A stretch of DNA of 63,216 bases, filler included, from Octopus bimaculoides (lineage: Eukaryota), in assembly GCF_001194135.2 (NCBI RefSeq). It is 7 parts of 7 records of this genome, joined end to end, with 100 filler letters (N's around TTAATTAATTAA, not from the genome) between each part and the next. Parts side by side here need not be neighbours in the genome. Positions count along the whole stretch, not along the records: positions 1 to 28,926 come from NC_068985.1; 6 more parts are not named here. One strand, written 5' to 3'. Positions 11,063-25,441 of this stretch are shown one piece after another. The first letter of the stretch is position 1; every line of letters begins with the position of its first letter. The position numbers were made by a program, and so were the translations under genes. The notes under the pieces were generated by a model, which did not search any database, had not been told where the DNA came from, and saw only the letters and a list, made by a program, of their open reading frames with translations.

Positions 11063-13749
11063 NNNNNNNNNNTCTCTCTCTCTCTCCCTCTCTTTCTTCT
11101 TTTCATTCATTCTCTCACCGTAGATAATTCGCTTGCGATATTTAAGTTTGTAAAAATACATGTCATTCGAAATGACAATAAAGACGTCTGCTGGAAGCAC
11201 TGAGTATGGAATTAATTTATTACAAGTGATTTTATTTTATTTCATTTAGACAAATTTTGGCGTATTTTATTCCTTCAAATCATAGTGAACTCTGCGTTTT
11301 CGCTTCATTAATGAAACTTAAACTTTAAATAAATTGGATAGTAGAATCCAAAAAAATAAATCAATCAGAACACTCATTGCAACTAAAGGGAAAGGAACGA
11401 AGATTAATTAAAACCTAAGCGACCAAAATTGTTCGATGTTATTTGTTTTTCTTCGGAAATCTTTTAGGTTCCTCTTTCTCCTGTAGTTTCCGTATTTCAA
11501 TTTATTTGTGGCATTATCTCGGATCAAGCAATTTATCACTTTCTTGAAATATCAGAAAACCATTTGTCCTTTGGCACCAGTTGCTTTTCTGTTATTAGTT
11601 GCTTCTTTATTTTAATGTATTTGACTTTATTTTTCAGGATTGTATTTTATTTTGCGTTGCTTTTGTAATTTTGCCAAAGAGAGTATTACTCATTAGTTTT
11701 AAATTATCTCAGTTAATTTCATTCTTCAGCAATGCAAAACTATGTCAAATTCACCGACTGTTGGGTGAAAAAGATAGAAACTCTTAACTATTCAAACAAA
11801 ATTTCCTTAAACAGTATGGGATATAATTTGTAAATTGACTTTAGCAGATCATTATCTACCACAATGAACAAGAGGCACACGATTTAGTTCTGCACAAAGT
11901 AATGGCCGTCTTGATAGAATCTGTGCAATTGTTTTGCATTTTGTTACTTAGTAATAGTATTTGATAAGAGAATTAATATTCTTATTGTTGATTTTTTTTA
12001 ATTCTCTATACTTTAGACTTGTTTGCTTTCAATATAATTAGATCAGTTTATAAATTCCTTTCTCTCGAACTGACTTTGATTAAAACATGTTTATTTAGGT
12101 GGTTTTTTTATATTTGTTTTATGTATTCAATGTTCTTTGTCAACTTTTTTTAATGCTTCAATGATTTTTATTACTGGTGTATTTTGTTCTAAATTTTTGT
12201 AGTCCATCATTTCTTTTAAATCGACATTAAATATTCAGATAGTTTTATAAAGAAAATGTAAATGAAGTAAATGTAAAATGCTAAGGTAAAAAAAGGGACA
12301 GCTTTTAATTAAGACACAATTGGACGGTCAATTTACTTCTTGATTTTCTGTTATTTACAAAGTTTCTAAAAAATTTCCAATTTGCTAAAACATTGCCTGA
12401 AAAAGAAATAAATGAAATACTGGTTTTGACATTTCATCATTTTCTGAAAATTTTCCATGTTATCAAAATGACTAATTGAAAAGGAAACAAAAGTAAGGAA
12501 AGGCTTTATTTTTTTCTAACGTTATTTTTTTACTACATATATACACGTAATAACATAAAAATGTCATTCATACATAATTTTTATTAATATCTTTTTATTA
12601 AACATGAAGCCAATATTTAAAATTACATGATTAATGATATTTTCCATCTTTGTGTAAAAATGACTATCTATTTATTTTAATGTTTTATTTTTTCTGATTA
12701 AAATTTTACATTTTTAACTCTATTGCTATAGTCATGGTTTCAGCCAGTGAAAAACTTTTAAACTTTTGATAATAATTTTTTGCTTTAATTAGAAAGTATG
12801 CAGCTAGTATTCTATAATATGTTTCAATGTTTTCAATGGAATTTATAGTTGCTTTTATTGATTTCTAGTCCCTTCAACTTATATATAATGCAAAATTTAA
12901 AATCTTGATCTTCGCACGTGTAGGGATACTATTTCTTTTAACAAATACTCTGAAATGTACTTCTGCTATATTTACCCCAACAATGAGGGACGAAAGACTA
13001 ACCTAGAAAGCATCCCTTCATTGCATTGTGTTCGAGCTATTTTCAGACTTCCACCCTGCGCTGCTTAGAGTGTTAATTATTATACTACAAATGGTTTCAG
13101 GTCAAAGACAAAATGTAGTTCTCCTCTTAGGATACAAACTACGACCTTCAACACGCAAGCCTTTAATTCATTGACGCACTGAGTAAAAGATTCAGAACGT
13201 ACTTATTTTCTCTTTGATTGATGTTGGCAGACGAAGTGTTAGCAGTATCACATTGTTGGGTATAATTATTTGTGTTATTTGTTTCGACATTCTGCGTTCA
13301 GAATTCAAATCTCCGAATTGTTACGGCATCTTGCTTTGTTCTTTGCCAATGCTGTCATGGTTCTAAGCATCCTGTTTCCAAAGCCCTCTGCCACACACAG
13401 AAAAACCTGTGATGCCATTGTCAGGAAGTTCTATTGACAGTTTCATGTGTTTAAGCAAAAGATCACCTGTCACAACAACCATCATCTTTGTAAACGAATT
13501 GTTAGATATTAATTGAAGCCATCGAACATTTGTTGTTATTGTGTTATTGTTGAGCTACATGTGACACAATAACAGCCCTATGATGAAAAAAGAAACAATT
13601 TGGTCATTTATACAAAAAGCACTAACTGTTCATAACCAATGCTTTTCATATACGTAGCTAATGTACGTTACAGTGTACTCCGAAACAATAGCTCAAAGAT
13701 TATTTTCAAAGATTACAAATACCTGTAACATAAATTCGTGAGGCAGAAT

Positions 13750-13800
13750 CTGTGGAAGAGCCGATCAGTTTCGACGTATGGGGCTCTGACAACGTACACT
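13750..13800 (+). ncRNA. Degenerate hammerhead-ribozyme relic
   Basis: CTGTGGA (vs CTGANGA), perfect stem AGAGCC/GGCTCT, GACAAC (vs GAAAC), palindromic GTAC. Cleavage triplet and stem I are lost. Confidence 0.35.
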
Positions 13801-13807
13801 CTCTTTG

Positions 13808-15310
13808 TCAGACATAATGCTTATGTTGAATGTGCCATTTAAGTCCTGCCAAAGATTTGCAAAGGAGTCCACAGGTGTTGCAAGTATGAGGATTACAGGT
13901 CAGTGCAGGTGGTATATTTGCAGCCGCTTTTCTCCGAAGCCTGTTAATGCTGGTTGTAACAAAGTTTTTAATACCATTTTGACACGACGATCTCTATTTT
14001 GTTCGTTCGAAGGCCGTTTACTCAAAAGTGTTGTGAGCTATCTTCATCTCTAAGAGGTTACTATTCAGCTTGTCCTCGTATCTGAGCAATGGTCAACCAA
14101 CATTCCTGTGCCCATCTTCAAGTTGGCTGTACATGAGGACTTTGGGTATTCTTTCGTCACTCATTCTTAGGATATGGCCAGGCCAGCGCAATGGTGATTA
14201 TATAAGGAAGCTCTTAATTCCACTTAATAAACAATCGGTGTTAGAAACTTTGTCTTTTAGTAAATAACTGCAGATTGTCCTTACACAGTTTTTGTGGAGC
14301 ATGTCTAGTTGGTTAATGTATTGTCTACAGAGTATCCGCGATTTTGAGCCATACAAGAGAGAAGTAAGAATGGCTGCTTTATAGTCCTGTACGTTGGTGT
14401 CAAGTGTGATACCTCTTTCATTCCATTGGTGATGACAGAGTTTGTCAAATGCATTGGTCGCCTTTGCAAGACTGTTGATGATTTCATCATCCATCAAGGA
14501 AAGCATTCAAATTCACTTTACTACCAAGATATGTACATGACTTCAAATAATGTAGGCTTTTCCCATCAACCTGTATAGGAGTGTCAGGCAAATTGTCATC
14601 CGGTGTCATCCGCATGACACAACGAATTTGTTTAGGAGTAAGGCAATTTTGATGGATAACTTCTGTCTTCTTTGTGCTGATAGTCAAACCAAAGGCTATA
14701 CATGCAGCAGAAAACCGGTCTAAAAGTTTCCGAACTTCCGCTAAAGAGGTCGCTATTAGTGCTGCATCAGCTGAAAAAAGTAGATCCCAAATTATACTGG
14801 TACATGGCAGTGTTCTGGTTTTGAAACGCTGATAATTGAACAGTCCACCACTTGTTCGAAACTGGAATTTGACACTACTTTGTACGTCGCCAACAACATA
14901 CCAAAAGAGTGCAAACAAAATAGGGTCTATAGCACAACCTTGCTTTGTGCCATTTCTAACGTCGAAGGAAGCCGAAGATTCCCCACCAGACACGACAGCA
15001 GCCTTCATTCCATCATGATATACGATAACATTCAACATCTTGTCAGGTATACCAAGATTTTTCAGAACTTTCCATTGTATTTGTCGGTTAAAAGTGTCGA
15101 AGTCCTTAGTAAGATCAACGAATATCAAGAGTAATTCTTGATTTTTCTCACGTACCTTCTCCATGACCTATCGGAACAGAGCATTATTATTCACAACGTG
15201 TTTGATAGATATTATTTACAATGTGTTTGATGATCCTGTCAAGAATAAGTCGAACAAGTATCTTTCCACCAATACACAGAAACGATATTCCACGATACTC
15301 CATCATCGCA
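13808..15310 (-). mobile_element. RTE-clade LINE, 5'-truncated (RT to C-terminal C2H2 finger)
   Basis: YRGISFLCIGGKILVRLIL (about 15310), FVDLTKDFD, GTKQGCAIDPILF, LLFSAD, CTYLGS, LLYGSKS, and CNTCGLLCKSLAGLKWHIQHKH at 13817-13888. Confidence 0.92.
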
Positions 15311-18010
15311 TCATTAGACACAATGGAATCAAGTTAAATGAAGGAGGAAATAGTGATTAATGCTTTCTCATTAACATATACAGCAAAGGGAACAGCGGGA
15401 AAATGGTCACGAATGTGTTGAGGGACAAGCTCAGTTTTCTTGATGCTGGTAGTCAGAGCAATAGCCTTCGATGCACGAGAGAAGTTGTTTAGACTCCATT
15501 GCATGTCCTCAAGTGTGTGTACTAAAAGCACGCAATCGTCTGCAAAGAGCAAATCTCGAACTGTTTGCACCAAAGTCTTAGTTTTTGCTTTAAAGCGTTG
15601 ATGGTTGAATAAGCCGCCAGTTCTGTACTCAAACTTTACTCCTGTTTTACCACCCACGAACGCTGTTTCCAACGTCACAGTGAAATACAAAGCAAATAAG
15701 AGTGGTACAAGAACACAGCCATGTTTTATCCGATTTGAAACCGTGAATGAATTGGACACTTCCCCGCTTGATCTGACAAAATCCATCATCCCTTGATCGA
15801 AAGAAATGCTGACATTGAGCATCCTTTCTGTAGCACCTAGCTTTCTAAGGACAACCCAAAGAGCATTCCTAGAAACAGTGTCGAAAGCTTTAGTTAGATC
15901 TACAAAAGTGACAAAAAGATCTCGGTTTTGCTCACGAGCCTTTTCTTGCTGCTGCCTTAGGCTAAAAGCATATCTACTGTCGCTCTACCAGCCCGAAATC
16001 CACAGAGATTCAGGCAACATTAAGCTGGCAAGGGCATCATTTAGTTATTTAAGATAACCCTTCCAAGGACCTCCCAGCAACACACAAAAGGGAGATTACC
16101 TCTATAGTTGTCATTCATATTTGTTCCTATGTGCTTATAAAGACGGATAATAGAAGCGACTTTGAATTCCTGTGGGACTGATCCCGATTTTCCGATTAAT
16201 GAGAATAGTCCACATAACTAGATCAGCAGGAGACTGCTACCTCATTTACATATCTCTACTGGTATGCCATTGTTCCCAGGCGACTTTCTATTCGTGAGCT
16301 GTTTTATGTTTTTTTTTTATTTCAGCATTTGATAGAGCAACTGACAGTTCTTCAAGGACAAGTCTTTGTGGTAGTTCGATGGTCAGTTCTTCATCAACAA
16401 TTGCGTCCATATTCAGAACATTTGAAAAGTGCTCTACCAGCACATCGTGATCTTTTTAATTGTCAGAAGATTACCTTCAGTTAAAGTGTGAGAGTTGAGC
16501 CACCAGAAACACGTCCAAAACATCCTTTACATTCTGGTAGAATGACCTGGAGTCACATCTGTCCGCAGCATCTTGCAATTCTTTTGCCTCCCTTTGCCAC
16601 AATATCTGTTTGATTTGTCTCAATTGGCATATATCTCTGCCCGTTTTAAGCTCATTGTGTTTTCTGGCGTTATTTCTATTTGAAATTCATTGACAGTGGC
16701 ACTTGTGCATATAATTTAAAAGAGGGGGGATGTTTGGAACATTCGATTCAAATCAAACTTGTCGCTTCCTGTTAAAAAAAAACCCAAGTGTTTCAAAAAA
16801 TGGCTCAAATACAGCATTTTTAAAAGGATACTATTCTGATTTAATGAGATGCTAGCAAGTTTGTTGTCACAGGTTGTTTGAAATGAGGTTAAATTTTCAT
16901 TGTTCCTCAGCTTTATGACATCCACATTTCGAATTGGTCGAGTGCGATTGCTATGAATGGGACAAAGATAGTAAAATTCACCTTTCATCGTATTAGTCTG
17001 TGGTCAGACCAGCATTCCCTAATGGAGAAAGAACGTGTTACTTCCCTCATGGAAGACCTCACAATTATGTAATCAATTATGTAATCGTTTGATCGGGGAT
17101 GCTTTCAGGTAGCTTTGTCGTGGTTGAGGAGTTGGAAAATAGTATTGGAAATCATAAGTCCATACTCACTGCAGAACGGTATCAATAGATGGCCATTTGA
17201 GTTTGCCTTGCCAATCACATGCTTCCCTATTATGTCACCCCAAATAGATGTATCACAACCTACACGTTCATTGAAATCACCAAGTAGAAGTTTATCATAG
17301 ATGAAGACATCTGGCTCACATAAGAACTGTTTTTTGTCTATTTCATTTGAGTTCATGTTTGGGGTATAGCAGCTGAAAATAGTTGCATATTTATTTTTGC
17401 CAATGCAGATGCACAATGACATGAATCTTTCATTAATGCCAACAGGAAGGGATTCAAGTTGTATCACCAGGTCATTCCGAAACCCAACAGCTGCCTCTTC
17501 CGTTACTTACCCATCCAGAATATGTGTATCCACCATCAATTTCCTGTAGTTGAACACAGTCCGATAATCTGGTTTCTTAAAGAGTTGCTATTCCGATGTT
17601 TTTTCCTTCAAGATACGAGCAGCTAAAGCAGTCTTACGTTCTATATTTTTCCTGCTGTCCCGAAGAGTTCTCACATTCTAAGAGGCAATAAGAATTTTTT
17701 TTTTCAATTTGCTTAACTTTCTGGCGCAGGTTGGGGTGCCCAGTCATTCGCACTTAATCACAAGGAGTAATGCGAGTAAAGGATTTTGGGGTCGCATTTT
17801 CTTGACCCTGCCTCCATAGGAGAAAAGCAGGGTCATCTTAAACAGGGCTGCTTTGTTGTAAAAGGAGGACATGAATTAAACAATTACCCGCAGATGTTGA
17901 GTAAAGCGGCCATCAAATTTTCATCAACTATGTGCAAAGTTCAAGCTAAGAACTTCCAGGCACATCCTTCTCCTGTTCTCGTCGCTATCCCTTCATTGTC
18001 ATAGGACGTT
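15311..18010 (-). mobile_element. RTE-clade LINE (5' region, APE endonuclease and RT), 3'-truncated
   Basis: IAS*NVRTL, TIFSCYTP, LLLGDFNERVG, NSNGHLL, ECWSDHRLI, IKHGCVLVPLLF and LLFADD motifs with many stops. Ends at an FIYLGS-like motif near 15320. Confidence 0.92.
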
Positions 18011-21000
18011 TTTTTTTTTTTTGTAATCACGTGTATGCTGTAGTCTGCGATTTAGTCATGGGCAGGNNNNNNNNNNNNNNNNNNNNNNNNNNNNNNNNNN
18101 NNNNNNNNNNNNNNNNNNNNNNNNNNNNNNNNNNNNNNNNNNNNNNNNNNNNNNNNNNNNNNNNNNNNNNNNNNNNNNNNNNNNNNNNNNNNNNNNNNNN
18201 NNNNNNNNNNNNNNNNNNNNNNNNNNNNNNNNNNNNNNNNNNNNNNNNNNNNNNNNNNNNNNNNNNNNNNNNNNNNNNNNNNNNNNNNNNNNNNNNNNNN
18301 NNNNNNNNNNNNNNNNNNNNNNNNNNNNNNNNNNNNNNNNNNNNNNNNNNNNNNNNNNNNNNNNNNNNNNNNNNNNNNNNNNNNNNNNNNNNNNNNNNNN
18401 NNNNNNNNNNNNNNNNNNNNNNNNNNNNNNNNNNNNNNNNNNNNNNNNNNNNNNNNNNNNNNNNNNNNNNNNNNNNNNNNNNNNNNNNNNNNNNNNNNNN
18501 NNNNNNNNNNNNNNNNNNNNNNNNNNNNNNNNNNNNNNNNNNNNNNNNNNNNNNNNNNNNNNNNNNNNNNNNNNNNNNNNNNNNNNNNNNNNNNNNNNNN
18601 NNNNNNNNNNNNNNNNNNNNNNNNNNNNNNNNNNNNNNNNNNNNNNNNNNNNNNNNNNNNNNNNNNNNNNNNNNNNNNNNNNNNNNNNNNNNNNNNNNNN
18701 NNNNNNNNNNNNNNNNNNNNNNNNNNNNNNNNNNNNNNNNNNNNNNNNNNNNNNNNNNNNNNNNNNNNNNNNNNNNNNNNNNNNNNNNNNNNNNNNNNNN
18801 NNNNNNNNNNNNNNNNNNNNNNNNNNNNNNNNNNNNNNNNNNNNNNNNNNNNNNNNNNNNNNNNNNNNNNNNNNNNNNNNNNNNNNNNNNNNNNNNNNNN
18901 NATATATATATATATATATATAACACAGGTTCTTGAGTGTGTGTGTGTGTGTTTCCCTGTGTATGTGTTTATTTGTGTATTTTGATACATGTTGTTGAAA
19001 ACAAACAAACGGTGTTGCTTTTTGTGATTTTTATCTCTCTTAACTTGTTTTGTAATTTGATTTAAAGATTTCGACAAAATGAAACCATACTGGAGTGGAT
19101 CTGTGCAATTAAATGACTGAAGCTACTCCACCGCATAACTGCAGTCCCATGACTGACACCAGTAAAGAAATGAAAGTACAAACAAAAATAGAAATTAGAA
19201 CGGCAGAAGATATTGAAAGTGATAGTCAACTAATATGTACGGTTGTGGGGTGCCGATAAATCAATAACTGTAAAATTAACTAATGTATCCAAAAGACATG
19301 ATAACATATTGATATCTAACATAAAATTAATTATTGATTTATCGGTTTCTACTATTAAGATAAATTGCTATGAATTGAAGAGTGTTGGTCATATGTGTTA
19401 GAATAGCTATATGACCTCTGTACATATGAAGGGAAGGGGGATAACAGATGCTAGAGATATATAAGTTGAGCCGAACAAGATTTCTGTACGCGATCACTAG
19501 CCCTGCAATAAAGTAGCAGTAAAACCATCATTAAATTAAATCTTTCTCTCATAAACAAGGAAAGGTGCATAGGATAATGGATATACTATATTTGAGGTAA
19601 AGTAGATTTGTACTATAGGTTAAATTGTGTAATGATACGTCTATTATGCTAACTTTCCTTTGACGTTCAAGAACAACTATGTTTTAAAAAAACGTGATAT
19701 CATGCTTATTATATTATGTGTTTTACGTATTCTTAGGATTTATTCTGGCAATCATCTCCACGTTTTCGTTGAATAAAATGCTGTGTCATTGAATATTCAT
19801 AATTAGCATGTTTCTCACAAATTCGAATACTAGGTCCACGATGTCTATCGGCCTTGTGTATCCAGCTGCAATATGTTAGGCATCTGATAAAAATGCACCT
19901 TAGATATTCTATTTTTATATAGCATTATCTTCATACAACCATCTGTATATAGAAAAAAATCTCGCAGTCATTTTTGAACATCATAAAGATTCATAATTGT
20001 CGTTTATACTTCGGCATGATTTACACAGCTCGAAGCAGCATATGATCTTATAATTAAGAAAATATCTCGCTAGTGATAGCTACTATACAAAGTGTTTGGT
20101 TATAAATATTTATTTCAGATAATTTCCGCAGGAGTTGGTTTTTTGATTTCAGGTACTCTACTCGAAATGGTTTAATTCCTCGAAACGGAAACCTTAGTTC
20201 CTATAATTAAAATTCTGTAACCCCAAAACATGTGAAACATCCATAAATTTCTTCTAGTTTTTCCAGCAATACTCAAACCAACAAGATCTGCAAATGTCAC
20301 ACACACACACACACACACATACATATATATATATATTAGTAGTAGTTCCGAGATTATCGAAGGTAGAATAGTTAATAAACTTATAAAATTCCTTATTTTA
20401 CTTGATTTATTTAATATAGAATGAATGGATGCTCTTGTTCTTTCGCAGCAGTTTTAGATTTTCTGTCGAAATTTGCATTATGCAAAGAAGAATATTTAGA
20501 TCAAGTGAAAATCTAAAAGTATGATTTTCCATAATTCTTATTGATTTTATTTTTTGCTCACACTAAAATTCGTATGATTTGATTTCACGAATGCAAGTTA
20601 TTAATAATTTATATTTTGACTTGCATTGATTTGAAAGATCGCACTAATTCCCCTACTTCAATTGATCGGTGGGTTTGGACTCCAGTAGATGCTTAGCAAA
20701 AATCAAAAATTAAAGAAAATCTTCCGATTTCAAAAAAGAATGTATTTTCGCATTTTGCTTGAATTATATTTGTTTCAATGTTTGTGCAGTTTGCTGTTGC
20801 GCTTTTCTTGGAGCTTTCATTTCTTGCTTTATTTTTGTATTGCTATGTGCATTATTATTAAGAATAACTGTTGATCACTTGTAAACATCTTATTCTGGTT
20901 TTGTATATATCACAAATATTTTGCTTATAGCAATTCCATTTTTCATAATACTTGCATCAATACATTTCAGAATTTGCATGAACTCATTACCCATCGACCC

Positions 21001-21689
21001 AAACTTAATTTATATTTAAACTATATAATGTTCTCTTTATCTGCATTGTCATTTATTTGGAAACGTATTAAAATTTTATGCTCTTAGCATTTAAACAGTT
21101 TATAATTATTTCTTCAACTCTACCATTTGTAGCGTGTAGAAATTATCGCTCTTGTCTACGAGGTAGTTTGTGCAGTACATTATATCATTTCCGATATTTG
21201 TGTCTCTTATTATTTGCAGTATATTCAAATGTACGTACACGCGCACATGCATACATATACATAAGTAAATGTGTGTATATGTGCGCATGTATGTGTATAT
21301 ATATATATATATATATNNNNNNNNNNNNNNNNNNNNNNNNNNNNNNNNNNNNNNNNNNNNNNNNNNNNNNNNNNNNNNNNNNNNNNNNNNNNNNNNNNNN
21401 NNNNNNNNNNNNNNNNNNNNNNNNNNNNNNNNNNNNNNNNNNNNNNNNNNNNNNNNNNNNNNNNNNNNNNNNNNNNNNNNNNNNNNNNNNNNNNNNNNNN
21501 NNNNNNNNNNNCTGGTTTAGGAGTATCCGTTGATGTAAATGTGTCTCTTCAGGTGATTACTAGATGTATTTCGTTAAAATAACGTTTGTTCCACAAGTCT
21601 TTGTCACGGTACGTCTGTACATATATATATAAATGAGAAAGAGATAGTCTAACAAAATATGTTATATACATATACATGCATCTTCTTGT

Positions 21690-22040
21690 TTACCTTCCGC
21701 GTTCCTGGATGTGTTCTTGTGGGAACCTTGCTGGGTTGTCTCCCCATAGTAATAAAACAGCCATTCACTTTGCATGTAGGCAACAACCAATGCAGGTTTG
21801 GAGAGGCTCTCGATATATCATGGATTACCTCGCAAAGACTACCTTTTCCCGCAGTATATAATGTACTTTCTTGAGATACAGGTCATTGACAAAAGAATTT
21901 TTCTTCGACATTCCACGATGCAATCATTAGTACTGAAATATCATGAGCATATATAACGATTGGTACAGTTGAACTTCCTCCGATAATGGAATAGGTTAGT
22001 TTCTGATTGACGCTTCAACCATGTAATATTTAACTTTGGT
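21690..22040 (-). mobile_element. Possible decayed Tx1/L1 RT fragment
   Basis: Minus frame VIYAHDISVL resembles the AYADDITV motif; locally higher GC. Weak similarity only. Confidence 0.25.
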
Positions 22041-22526
22041 ACTTTAAACATACGATCTTAGATCAAGTATATGATCACCCAAGTACGAGTTCAAAACATA
22101 CAAATATAACCACATACATGCGTACATGCATATATATATGTGTGTATTCTCATTTGTGTATAATCTTACATGCGCATGTGTTTATATAAAGATATAGGAT
22201 GCGCCAATGATTTTCAGATTCGCCATTATTCATAGACGTTTTAATAACAGATGCAAGATGTGCACCGCTAAACTATGTTCGTCAGAAGAAAAAAAAAAGA
22301 GGATAAGATATTTGCTATATCTAAACCCCATCTAACATTATTATTGCTACAAGAATGACAATATAAAATACAGGTGGATTTTCTGTCACACCTTGTTTGT
22401 GCTAGTGTGAGTATGCTTCTATGCATATGCATACACATACACATATGTATATGTGTGCGTATATGCATGTATGTATTTAAACACACATGTATATAGATGT
22501 ATGTAGTTAAACATATACTCATATGA

Positions 22527-22590
<64 letters not shown>

Positions 22591-24626
22591 NNNNNNNNNN
22601 GTATATATATATATATGTGTGTGTGTGTGAGTGCGTGTGTGTGTGTGTATACTTATATATTCAGACTTATATACATATATATGCATGTCTGTACGTATGT
22701 AAAAGTAAATATTTATATGTGTTTGTGTGTACGTGTATGTATGTATTTGTATGCATATGTAAAAGCATACAAATATACGTATATACCTATGTACATACAA
22801 GCATATGTCAACCTACAAAGAATTGAACAGAAGGTAGAAACAAGGCATTTTGAGTCAAGCGAATCGAAATGTGACCTATAGTTGCTTTCTAAATTATCTG
22901 ATCTTCTTACTGAACGTACATGTAGCTTAAAAGGTCACCATTCGAATGAAAACTATCTTTATATCACTGTTTCGAAGATTCTATATGACAGTTAAATTGC
23001 CACCGACAAGTCGGTTTGAAGTAGTAGAAGGACAATTTTAAAATCAGGGAAAGGTCATAGTAAGGAGAAAACTTGGTTTTGCGTCAACTGATATCTAGTT
23101 AAAGTTAAAGTGGTTATCGTGTCTTCCCGTTTCTGCTAAACTATATAGATATTGCAAACCAAGAGCGGAAATGGAAACAACTTCCCTGTAGCCCTATGAA
23201 ATAAAGACACGGATAAAATTTAACTGACATTCTTCTTAATTCCCAATTACCTACTAAACAATCACATAAAAAACACAAACAGAAACGACCAAATGTTAAC
23301 ATTAAAAGCTGTAATTTTCTTTAGTTTCTATATTCTTATTTCTGTATTATTAGACCTATTATTATAATTATTATAATTACTAGTATCAATGCTGTTGTTG
23401 TTGTTGTTGTATTGCTATTATTGATGTTGTTATTTTCGTAACCAAGAAACCTCATTTTGGAATTTGCAAGAAGTTATTGTCTGATGTTGTTGTGAGGACT
23501 TTTCTTTCTTTCTTTCTTTCTTTCTTTCTTTCGTTCTTTCTTTCTTTCGTTCTTTCTTTCTATTTTGTGCTGTTCTCGTATTAAGCCAACCAACATTCAG
23601 TGAGTCTCGGGAAATTTTCGTCCCTTCGGGGAGGAATTTGTTGTATTTTCTGTATTATATTCTCACTTCCTTAATATTATGAAGAAAGCATGTCTTCAGA
23701 ATATTATGAAGAAAGCAGCAAAATGTCAGAGGAAACGGATCACAACCTGGGAGAGTGTTTCTGATAAAGCCTTCAACTTTTGTGAAAGGCCCCACCATCA
23801 CCACCATGAACGTCACTGCTACCAGTAGTGCCCATCAAAACAAAATTAAACAGCAATAAAACAAATGTAAGAACAATAGCAGCAACAAAATGACAAGGAA
23901 AACAATAACATAAACAACTACTACAAAAAAGAAATCATTCAACAAAAACAAAACGATGCATTAACCTTTCAACACACCTGCACATTCCATCTCTTCCCAT
24001 CCACTTCCATCAAAGTTAACGTAAATGCAAAGAAAAAGAAAAACAACTTCACGACGAATTACTAATCAAGCGTTTGTGAGTTCTTCAGTGCCGTAAGTTC
24101 ATTAGAAAAAGAAATTATTTCATGTCGGAAGAATTATAAATGTGAATGCGCAGAATATACTGGAATATATTCGGGAAGAAGCCAAAGTCAAAGCTATGGT
24201 ATATAAAATATTAGCAACAAACTGTAGAGAAATAGAACAGGTCACACAGCAAAGAGGAAAATGACTTAGACCAGACTGGGGTACAAAACGTACGTCATTG
24301 GGTGGGGAGGAAGATAAAACTGAGATTCTCTAAAGTAGACGAGGCCAGGAAGGCTTCTACAAGTATAATTCAATCTGATTTGGTATTAATGCACTGCTTG
24401 AATCGACCCTACGACTCAGAGACTTGAGTTACGTTTCGTCTCACTTTCAATACACTGTTTAATACACTACCTAAATTACATACGTACCTTCTCAATACAA
24501 CTACTGTATATATAGCGCTTTACCAATGTTGGAAATTGTGAGGAAGATTATTAGCACTGGCAAAGGCAAAATCATTAAAGCACCGAAAAGTGCAATGTGG
24601 TATTATTTCCAAGTTTTTAATTTGTA

Positions 24627-24775
24627 AATTCAAACCCAGTTGAGGCCAGATTTAGCTGTTATCTCTTCAAGTTCGATAAAATCAAATACCTGTAAAATGG
24701 TTGTATTGACGATATCTACTAATCCCACACTTCAGAACAGCTGGCCTGGTACCTAATTATAAATTATTATTGCCA
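24627..24775 (+). mobile_element. Degraded SINE family B
   Basis: tcaaacccagttgaggccagattt...ttcgataaaatcaaatacc...ggcctggtaccta aligns loosely with the family B copies. Confidence 0.55.
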
Positions 24776-24812
24776 CTTATATTATTATTGAAGACAGGCA
24801 GTTCAGATTTAC

Positions 24813-24920
24813 TTGTATTATTCTCCAGGCAAGTAACGACTGTTAATTCGATGTCATGCTCAATTATTTCGCAATGAATCATCGTGGATGGAATATATTT
24901 GCCAGAATTTTTCAAATTGT
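24813..24920 (-). CDS. Candidate 108-nt host exon
   Basis: Acceptor cacattcttatttcag, donor gtaaat. Phase 1-1 open frame (D)NLKNSGKYIPSTMIHCEIIEHDIELTVVTCLENNT. Not recognised. Confidence 0.25.
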
Positions 24921-25375
24921 CTGAAATAAGAATGTGAAGTCTCTTCACTGTAATAGTCAAACGAAAGAATACACTTCGTGATCGTTTACTTCGACGCAAA
25001 TAGCAAAATATTAAACGAATTGCTCTCACCTGTATTCAGAAATAAAAGATCTACTGGACGCTGTATTTATTCTTCATTATAAAAGTCAGTATGGTTACGG
25101 TTGGAAAGTCTTTGGTCGTAATAGGGATGTGCTCTTCAGAATTATCTTAACTCTAAATGACAATTGGTTTTTACAGAACAATATTTTCACAAACTACGTC
25201 TTTAATTATGATTCCAATCAATTTCACTGATTGAAATATACTTTACACCTTTGAATAAGAACCTGGGATGAGATTAATACTCTTGATTGTTGATGTAAAA
25301 TTTGCTAGAAAAGAAGGAAGCTACGAGAGAAACAAAAATTGACCTCCGCACAAGTGCATAGATCTAAATAATTAT

Positions 25376-25441
<66 letters not shown>

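Noticed and set aside
11500-12000. hAT transposase remnant (also 20400-20700)
   Set aside because: Only vague motif resemblance in AT-rich sequence; not supportable without a profile search.
22960-23050. Additional hammerhead related to the 52038 motif
   Set aside because: Shares gtttcgaagatt and cagggaaa ends, but the core reads CTGATTT and stems I and III are gone; at most a relic.
23674-23720. 27-bp-period duplication encoding YYEES repeats
   Set aside because: The frame closes after a few codons and there is no splice or homology support.
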